From the human T2T-CHM13v2.0 reference genome, Homo sapiens: 64,000 nucleotides of DNA. Positions 39,360 to 64,000 of this stretch are shown here, piece by piece. The notes below the pieces were generated by a model. The model saw only the letters and a list, made by a program, of their open reading frames with translations. It was not told the origin of the DNA and searched no databases. How positions within the stretch are numbered: the first letter of the stretch is position 1; each line of letters begins with the position of its first letter. Location of the stretch: NCBI RefSeq assembly GCF_009914755.1, contig NC_060946.1. One strand, written 5' to 3'. Made by a program: the position numbers and the translations under genes.

Positions 39360-40321
39360 TGTGGGGAAAAGAAAGAGATATCAGACTGTTACTGTGTCTA
39401 TGTAGAAAGAAGTAGACGTAAGAGGCTCCATTTTGTTGTGTAGTAAGAAAAATTCTTTTGCCTTGAGATGCCGTTAATCTGTAACCCTAGCCCCAACCCT
39501 GTGCTCACAGAAACATGTACTGTGTCGACTCAAGGTTTAATGGATTCAGGGCTGTGCAGGATGTGCTTTGTTAAACAAATGCTTGAAGGCAGCATGCTTG
39601 TTAAGAGTCATCACCACTCCCTAATCTCAAGTAAGCAGGGACACAAAACACTGCAGAAGGCCGCAGGGACCTTTGCCTAGGAAAGCCAGGTATCGTCCAA
39701 GGTTTCTCCCCAGGTGACAGTCTGAAATATGGCCTCGTGGGAAGGGAAAGACCTGACCGTCCCCCAGCCCGACACCTGTAAAGGGTCTGTGCTGAGGAGG
39801 ATTAGTAAAAGAGGAAGGCCTCTTTGCAGTTGAGATAAGAGGAAGGCATCTCTCTCCTGATCGTCCCTGGGCAAAGGAATGTCTCAGTGTTGATTGTATA
39901 TTCCATCTGCTGAGATAGGAGAAAACTGCCTTAGGGCTGGAGATGGGACATGCTGGTGGCAATACTGCTCTTTAATGCATTGAGATGTTTATGTATATGC
40001 ACATCAAAGCATAGCACCTTTTTCTTAACCTTGTTTATGACACAGAGACATTTGTTCACGTGTTTTCCTGCTGACCCTCTCCCCACTATTACCCTATTGT
40101 CCTGCCACATCCCCCTCTCTGAGATGGTAGAGATAATGATCAATAAATACTAGGGAACTCAGAGACTGGTGCCAGCGTGGGGCCTCCGTATGCTGAGCGC
40201 AGGTCCCCTGGGCCCACTTTTCTTTCTCTATACTTTGTCTCTGTGTCTCTTTCTTTTCTCAGTCTCTTGTCCCAGCTGATGGGAAACACCCACAGGTGTG
40301 GAGGGGCAGGCCACCCCTTCA
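39360..40321 (+). mobile_element. HERV-K(HML-2) solo LTR (LTR5A/5B type)
   Basis: TG...CA ends (tgtggggaaaagaaagag...ccaccccttca), 962 bp, 6-bp TSD ggtccc at 39354-39359 and 40322-40327. Confidence 0.93.
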
Positions 40322-41813
40322 GGTCCCTGAATGTCCTTCCTCAGGAAATGATGGGGGAAGGGGTGATGAGAATGAAGGAGACGATTTAAGTCCCTCACCC
40401 CCCGAGGTAGTCCTGGGCTGAGCCCCATGGGACCTAGAGAACCAGGGTGTACCCCACCAGCGTGTCGGGTCCAGGAAGCCTCGTGGCCAGCTCCCACTTC
40501 TCTTCCTGCTGTGCAACCCAGAGCAAGGCCTGCCCCTCCAGCTTCAGTCTTCTCCCCTGCAAATGGGGCCACGGCCTTTCCTCTCAGGCCAATATAAGGA
40601 TTGAGGCCGGGTGCAGTGGCTACCCCTGTAATCCTAGCACTTTGGGAGACTGAGATGGGGGGACTGCTTGAAGTCAGGAGTTAAGACCAGCCTGGTCAAC
40701 ATAGTGAGACCCCATCTCTATTGGTTTAAATTTTTTTTAAAAAAATTAAATAAATAAAATAAGGATTGAAGAGTGACTTGTACACCAGTTGAGCCCACCT
40801 CCATCTCACCTTTGCAGAGCCCCAGAGACACAGCCCTCCAGAGCTCAGACCCAGTGGGACTTGACTCCACAGGCATAAAACCCTGTTTGTCTATGGGCCC
40901 TTTGGAATCACCAGGTTTTCGGGGCTCCTGAAGGATAGCCCCGACCTGGCCTCACCTGGCCCCTGGCCCCAGTGCCCCTGGTGATATCCAGGTGCTGGGC
41001 TGTGATCACCGCCTCCCACCAGCCCACCTCCACCAGCCCTTCCCAGAACCCTGCTCCAGGTGTTGGAACTGTGCACAGAGGAGGGAGCAGGCCCCGAGGG
41101 AGGCCTGGAGGGGCTGCCAATGGTGAAGGCTGCTGTGTCGAGCTGTTTCCTTCCGGACCCACTCCCTCTGGGCTGCGTCCCCGGCTGGTCCAAGCCCTGA
41201 TCCCTGGGATCTGGGGACATCTTCCCGTTTGCTGTTCCCTGAGAACCAGGCCTCCCTCTGGAGAGGATCACAAGCTTGGGTTTCACTCTGGGCTTGCTCT
41301 TGGGAACCCCCCAGGGGCATGGCTCTGACCGAGATGTTTTCCTCCAGCCTGTTGCCCAGTCCCCATTCCTCGGACCCTCAGCTTCACCTCCAGTGTCATC
41401 GGCAGGGTGAGCTGGACGCCTACAGGTCTGAGAAGGCGCCCGGGTTCCCAGCATCGGCTGGCCACCCTCTGCCTAAGAAAGCGCCAGGGTCGTGACACCC
41501 CCTGGTGGCTGATCCTAGGTAGTGTCACTGCCCAGCCCCAGTAAGGGAGGGCCTGGCCCCAAAGTCTGAGGGATCAGGGTGGGAAGGGGCAGGGTTTGGT
41601 GTGAACCTTCCCCTGGCCCCCAGCCATGTGCCTGGCTCTCCCCATGCTGAAGATGCTGAGGCTAGTTCCAGTGTCCGCATTGTGAAGATCTCCGAATCCC
41701 ACCTCTCTGTTCCTCCCCAGCCAGATGGCTCCATTTCACACACAATACACTGAGGCCCAGAGAGTGGGGAGACAGGCCAGGGAGGCCACCTGGAGCCTGG
41801 CACAGTGGCCTCA

Positions 41814-41819
41814 TTTATT
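41814..41819 (-). terminator. Poly(A) signal of the GGT paralog
   Basis: AATAAA on the minus strand ~110 nt after the stop codon at 41928. Confidence 0.75.
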
Positions 41820-41930
41820 ATGCTGCTCTGCTGCTCACAGGGGAAGCCCGTCCCCCAAAGTCCTCTTCCTCATCCTGGTGAGTATCTTGTCCCTGGATTG
41901 CTTGTCAGCCTTGTCTGCCTGGAGCAATCA

Positions 41931-42170
<240 letters not shown>

Positions 42171-42273
42171 TCAGGCCAGGTCATCAGGAAGAGCAGGTTG
42201 GGGCCTGCTGGGTCTCACTGGAGCAGGGGGCTTGGCTCTCATGTCACAGGGGCTCCAGATGGCCCAGGCACTA

Positions 42274-43020
<747 letters not shown>

Positions 43021-43150
43021 CTACCAAGGTTGGGCCTCAGTTTCCCACCAGGAAAAGAGGTGATGGAGCCACCTTACTGGATAAGTGGGCAGTCCCTGGG
43101 CCACCCGCCCCTGGCCCTTTCCCACCCAGGCGGCCCAGCAGCCCCTACTA

Positions 43151-43399
<249 letters not shown>

Positions 43400-44455
43400 T
43401 CAGAAGGCCCTTGACTGTGACTCTGACCGCAACCCTCTGGCACCCACAACCTTCCGTGGCTCCCCAGGACCCAAGGGCAGGCCCAAGACCTTGCATGACC
43501 AGTCTGACTCCCTGTCTCTGTCGCGTTCCAGCAACTCTGAATGTCTGTCTGCCTGGTCCTCAGCCTCCAGACCCTTGCCGCATTCAATCACTCATTCTTT
43601 CATGCAAAAAATATTTCTAGAATTTGCACTGCATGCCTGGCACTGGGGAATCAACAGGGAACAGACACTTAGGTCCTGCCCTCATGCCAAGAAAAACAAA
43701 CACACACAGGGAAAGTGCTGAAACCACAAGCCAGGTAAGGGGAATCAAGAGGCATGAGGTATGGGCAGAGTGGTCAGGGAGGGCTTCTCAGAGGAGGCAA
43801 CGTGTGAAAAGAGCCTGGAATGTGGCCTAAATGGTCAGTGCAAAGGCCCTGAGGCAGGTGGTATAGGCTGGTGAGCGATAGGCAGAGAGTGAATGGAGTA
43901 GGGTGGGGAGAAGAGGATGAAGATGCAGGCTGGGGCCCATCCCACAGGACCTCCTAGGTCCCATAACAACTGGCTTTTGCTCTGTGCCATGCAGGCTTAG
44001 GGCAGAGGAATGAGGAGGCTGGGGAGTGTTTTCACAGGGTCCCTCTGGCAGCTATGACACGGATAAAGATAAAGCCCAAAGGGGAGGCTGTGGGTATCAA
44101 CCAGGCAAGAGATGATGGCCTGGGTGGGAGAAAGAGAAGAATCAAGCATGGTGCCGACTAGCGAGGCCGGCAGAAGGGGCCGGTTTGGGGATGGTCAGGA
44201 GCTTGATTTTGGATACTTCATCAGACCCAAAGAGCATGGGTGCACGTATAAAAAAAATAAATAAATAAGCATGGGTTCACGGGCAAGGGCGGGCTGAGAG
44301 ATGAACATGGAGGTATTGACATTGAGTGGCTGCTGGATGCCATGAGCCTGGCCAAGGTCCCCAAGGCAGTGGCGAGGAGGAGATGAGGAGGTCAAAGAGG
44401 AGACAGAGAGGATGGACCCGAAGGCCGAAGAAAATGCCTCAAGAGAGTTTCAACA

Positions 44456-58974
<14,519 letters not shown>

Positions 58975-59858
58975 CTAGAGACCCACACCCTGCTCTCGGA
59001 GTCACCATCCCCTTCCCAAAGGCTACTGAGAGAGTCCAAGCGAAGCTTGCATGTGGGGAAACTGAGTCTCAGAGGGGTGAAGGTATTGCTCAGGTCCACT
59101 TGCCCAGTTTTCAGGGCCCATGTCCCATGCCCTGCCCCGCTCACCTCCCAATCTCCGAGCACTGCTTGGCATCCGCGGCCACGGCAGCCCTGGTGTACAC
59201 ATGGTTGTCAGGTTCCTTGGAGGCCGAGGGCAGCCAGAGACAGAGGCCGACAATGACCAGCACCAGGACCACGGCCAGCAGGCCCAGCACCACTAACTTC
59301 TTCTTCATGGCTCTGCTGCACCCACGGGGTAAGGAGCAGGGTCAGGCCCAGCCTCAGACATTCCCTGGCCCCTCCCCAACAGGACACAGTCTAAAGTCAG
59401 GCCTCAGAAACACAAGGCCGGTGTCTCCTTCCCGCTTCCCGGAATACGTGCAGGCTGTCCGGCCCCCAGACCTTTGCGCAGGCCATGCCCTCTGCCAGAA
59501 GCTCTGGGCCTCATCTCTGCCCTCCCAAATCCTCCCTGCTTATCTTCAGAGCCCATCCTGGTAAGAACCCCATCTCCAGCAGCGGCCCTTCCTGGGAGCC
59601 CCCAGATTTCCACACCCCTCTTTCTGCAGGGCCTGGCCTACCTCCTCACAGTGGCTGAGCCTCCACTGCTTAGGGAGAAGCTCCAGCAGGGATGGGCCTG
59701 GCCTGGTTTCTCCTGTGTCCCCCACCCCAGCCTAGAGCCTGGCACTGTCCAGGAGTCCTCTGAAGACCCTCCACCCCACCTGGAGCATGGGGTTTAGCTT
59801 CCATAGTGCCCACAATCAGAGCGCCCCACAGATTCACTGCCACGGGGCCAGGACTTAC

Positions 59859-60032
59859 CGTCCAGCAGCAGACGGGGGCCCCAAGCCTTGCCTGGGGTGT
59901 TGGCCACGAAAGACAGGAGGATTTGGTGGAAACAGCTGAGGAAATAACCGGGGTCTCCCTCACACTCTGCTGAAGCCTGTAGCCACAGAATCTTCTTCAG
60001 AGACTCTCTGATCAGGCAGCCTTCTCGTTCTC
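59859..60032 (-). other. Non-coding 5'UTR exon of the GGT paralog
   Basis: Acceptor ccttgaccttcag|, donor |gtaagt at 59858, upstream of the ATG exon (acceptor at 59316). Confidence 0.55.
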
Positions 60033-61397
60033 CTGAAGGTCAAGGGAGGTTACCTGAAGCACGCACAGCCCAGACCTTTCTGGGCGACTCCGTGTTACCT
60101 CCCTCTGCCTCTAGCTGGTTTCTCTGTCTCCAGTTGAACTCTGGAGGCAAAGAGGCTGTCAGTAACACATTTGTTTCCATGAATTCTCTCAGCATGTCTC
60201 CCAGGCACAGGGTTTTGCACGGAGCAGGGCAGGTAGGGGACAGGGCATTCCTGCACAAGCCCAGGATGTGCATGCGGTAAGCATGGCAAAGGGGGCTCAG
60301 GGGGCACCGCCAGCCTGCCCTGCTCTGACGCTGGACTTGCCACTCACCTGCTGTGGGGCCTCAGGCAAATCACTGAACTGTCCAGCCTGGATGACGGCAG
60401 CACCTCACTTGCCTTGCTGCTGGGAGTGTTGTGAATAGAGTAGGTTAGACTGTGGGCAGGGCTTGGTGAATGGTAGCTGTGATTATCATCATGGCTGCAC
60501 TGGGGACACCCCCAGGAGGCCTGAGTGGCACAGGTCTCTTGCTCACTGTATGTCCCCTGTGGACTCCCTTCCAGGCTGTGCAGTGAGTGGCAGCAGTGAC
60601 CCTTGGGAAGTCTCATGGCTACGGCAGCAGGTGACAGGTGTGACAACAGGGAAGAGGGATGTGGTGACAGAGGTTGGGGTTCCCCTCTCCCACAGTCAGT
60701 TTCCCACAAAGGGCGGTGTCTGCCAGCAAGCCCCTCCAATGAGCCCCAAGCTTGGTTTCCCTCCACTCCACGCTGTCCCAGTGCAGAGCATCTGACCTCA
60801 GAGGCAGACACACTGTCCCAGAGGTGGTCTACGAATGGAGTCCCCGTGCCCTCCCCACACACAGGGAACATCCAAATGCCATCGTGGAAGGGTGGCCACC
60901 TCCCCAGGCTTGGTGGGCCTGGGGCCGATAGTGTGATACATTTGACCCCCTCCCAGCCCTGGATGCAGACACCAAGAGCAGAGAGACCTGGCAGTAGCCA
61001 TGCAGCAGCGCACCACCCCACATCCTCAGCACAATCCAAAGCAGCCCCTCATCCCCACCGTGACCACCACAGCCTGAATCCAGGCGCCACCTGTTTCTGA
61101 CCTGAACTCCCTCACAGCCCCTGCCTGCACTCCCTCCCTCCAACATCACCTGCCCTTCAGTCTTCCAGAAAGCAGCTAGAGGGCTCTGTCTGTCCAACTG
61201 CAGAACAGGCCCTGCCTCCTCCCTGCCCTGTTGGACAGCTCACACCCTTCACCAGGCCTGACAGCGCTCTTGCCACTCCAACACCCCGGGTCCCAGCCGG
61301 GAGTCCGGGTCAGGGTTAAGGGTTCCTGATAGAGACACCGATTCCTGGAGGTCCAAAGAGCCTCAGGAGCTGGGCCAGCAATATGCAGCATCTATTA

Positions 61398-61845
<448 letters not shown>

Positions 61846-62514
61846 TTAGTTGTGATAATAAAAACTGGACATTAATATAGGCAGAAAAACAGAACAGCCT
61901 TGATATGGTTAACCCTTTGACACTGGCAAACACTGTGACCAGTGCTGCCCACACTGGAAGCTCCTGCATCCCTCTTCCTCATGTTTCCTTCAGCATTAAG
62001 GAGCAACAAGGGAGACAGCCAGTTCATAGTTCCTTACGCATGGAGCCAAAGGACCTTCAATGTACAAGGTCTGAGCAAGGACCCGCAGCCACATGTGCTT
62101 CCTGCTTCAGCAGTGCCCCGTGGGTCTCAGAGCTACCCAAAGGCCTATCCTTCCGAGAGGTTTCTCCTCTCTCCCAACTGATGTCATACGTCTCATCTTC
62201 CTTGTCATTCAGATCATCAACCACAAACGTCCTTGCCTTATATTTTCATATCCCTTTTCACCAGTTACAGGGTTAGTTAACTTACGAAATTCTTAACATC
62301 TGCATTAGATCTTTTTAAAGTTTCACCCTCAACCACCTATTATTTAGAAGTGAACACAGAAATTTAGTTTCCTTGTGCTATCTGTTGACCCCTAAAATAT
62401 GCTGGGAGTTTTGGGATTTTTTTCAAAGTCAAATGCATGGCATAAAGCAAAATTACACTACTAAAGAACTGAGTCAGGCCAGACGCTGGCAACGTGAAGA
62501 CAGCTTCTCCTTAC

Positions 62515-62892
62515 CCACTAGGTTCATCTTTGCACTGTAACTCCCAAAGTATTGCTTCTCGGTGCTGGGTGTGTGGCATTCATATTCCCCGGCATCCCGG
62601 GCCTGAAGATCTGTGATGTGCAATAGGGTTGGGTTCCCCTGGACTCTTTCTATGAAGATCTTCCCTCCGCGGACGCGCTGGGTGTAGATGGCATAGGGGA
62701 AGGAAGAGTCCATGGTGCTGACGATCTGCACCTCTCGCTCTGGCGACGAAGGCAGGTAAATGGACCACTGGAAATTCTGTTCAGAAGGTCCCTGGTAGCC
62801 ACTCACATTGCACCAGATAGTGATGTGGGAGCCCTCCGTGCGGTACAAGGGTCCTTCTTGAACGGTGACCTGCCGCTGTGCTGACACCACAC
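62515..62892 (-). pseudogene. IGSF3: Duplicated IGSF3 exon encoding the first Ig V-type domain (unprocessed fragment)
   Basis: GVVSAQRQVTVQEGPLYRTEGSHITIWCNVSG...DAGEYECHTPSTEKQYFGSYSAKMNLV matches recalled IGSF3. 378 nt, phase 1-1, intact ctcgtag| acceptor and |gtaagg donor. Confidence 0.9.
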
Positions 62893-64000
62893 CTACGAGG
62901 GAGAGAAACACACGCAACATGCTCACTTACTTCTCAGACCAAAATGCAAAGTAGGCAGCAATCTCCAAAGGGTTTGTTATTTGTGTGACATGATAATAAT
63001 ATAAACAGCTTACTGGCCCTTTCAAAGGCACTCTGTGATTTATAAATATTAATTAAAACACTCTGTGGTAAAGCACTGTCCCTAATTTGCATATATGGGA
63101 ATTTGATCATGCCAAGATGTGCTTTTGTTACTTATTCAACAGCTGACCCTTGGGAATTTCATTTAGCCCCTCTGTTTGTCATGTATACGGCAGTTTTATA
63201 TCTATTTATTAATGCTGTGTATAAAGTTTTTAATAAAATAAGCAGGAAAAGTTGAATCCTTGGCACAAATTCAGATGAAAACAAATAAAAGCAACCATCT
63301 AGGAATCTGGCTGAAATTAAATGCTTCTTCCTTGGTCCGAGTGCTGGTGGGAGGGAGTCCTGGGAGCACCTTTTTACTGGTGCTGCACCCTTCATTTTCC
63401 CATGTAGCTGCTCCCCAACACCACCCCAAGGAGCATTCCTTAGTTTCTCTTCCCTCCATAAATGGAGGCAGAGCTGAGCTCCTGCAGGCTGCTATCGTTT
63501 TAAGCTGAGCACACCCAAATACAAATGTGAAGGGCTGAAACAGATCCCTGATGCCCAGATTCCCACAAACTGACAAAGGGGGGAACTAACAGTGCCCAGC
63601 TAAACCTGTGACAAGGACAGTCAGGCTACCCTTGAGTTTCCCACTCAAGACTCCCCCGCTGACCTCCTGCCTTCTGGCTCAGATACTGTTCTCCAAGGTC
63701 ACTTCTGCCTGCCTTCTCCATGTTCTTCTTAAAGTGGCATGGTGAGTTTAATTTCTCATTTCGTGCCAACTCAACATTGATTGTGCCTGAGCCACTCAGA
63801 AGGTGGGAGGGGGCACACCCCTGCCTCTTCATTTCGGCAGTGGTCACGTACTGCAGGTTGTGAAAAGCGCAGGTGAGTTATAGGCGCAGCTTTGCCACCA
63901 ATTAGAGCTGGTTGTGTCATCTCAGACAACTTGCTTTTCTTCTCCAGACCTTGATCTTCTCATCTATCACATGATTTCTAAGAACGCTTTAGAGAGCACT

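Noticed and set aside
62474-62926. 150-aa standalone Ig protein
   Set aside because: The apparent leader and tail are intron sequence flanking a single IGSF3 exon.

Overview
Primate (human-like) genomic DNA with the module order typical of a chr22q11.2 low-copy repeat (LCR22). It is not prokaryotic: there is no CRISPR array and no RNA gene. From left to right: (1) the end of an ~850-bp tandem array of HSAT1-like + Alu-arm + AT-rich palindrome units (1-2180); (2) a FAM230-family locus (+) whose small exons splice in phase into a 27-bp VNTR exon interrupted by a truncated L1 (3.7-20 kb); (3) a minus-strand copy of the USP18 terminal exon/3'UTR (26.6-27.3 kb); (4) a dense Alu cluster; (5) a frameshifted GGT5 exon-1 copy (37.3-37.5 kb), which together with (3) forms a FAM247-type chimera; (6) an HML-2 solo LTR5; (7) a complete 12-coding-exon GGT1 paralog (GGT2P/GGT3P class, minus strand) with two dead splice sites and a compensated frameshift across the substrate-binding site; (8) an intact IGSF3 Ig-V exon copy. 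I cannot tell which LCR22 copy this is. Most notable: the FAM230 exons join into a hidden stop-free spliced frame of >=564 codons, built from three paralogous two-exon cassettes, and GGT5-exon1 spliced to the USP18 last exon would give a 69-aa transmembrane micropeptide. Gene and repeat identities rest on recalled reference sequences, not database searches.
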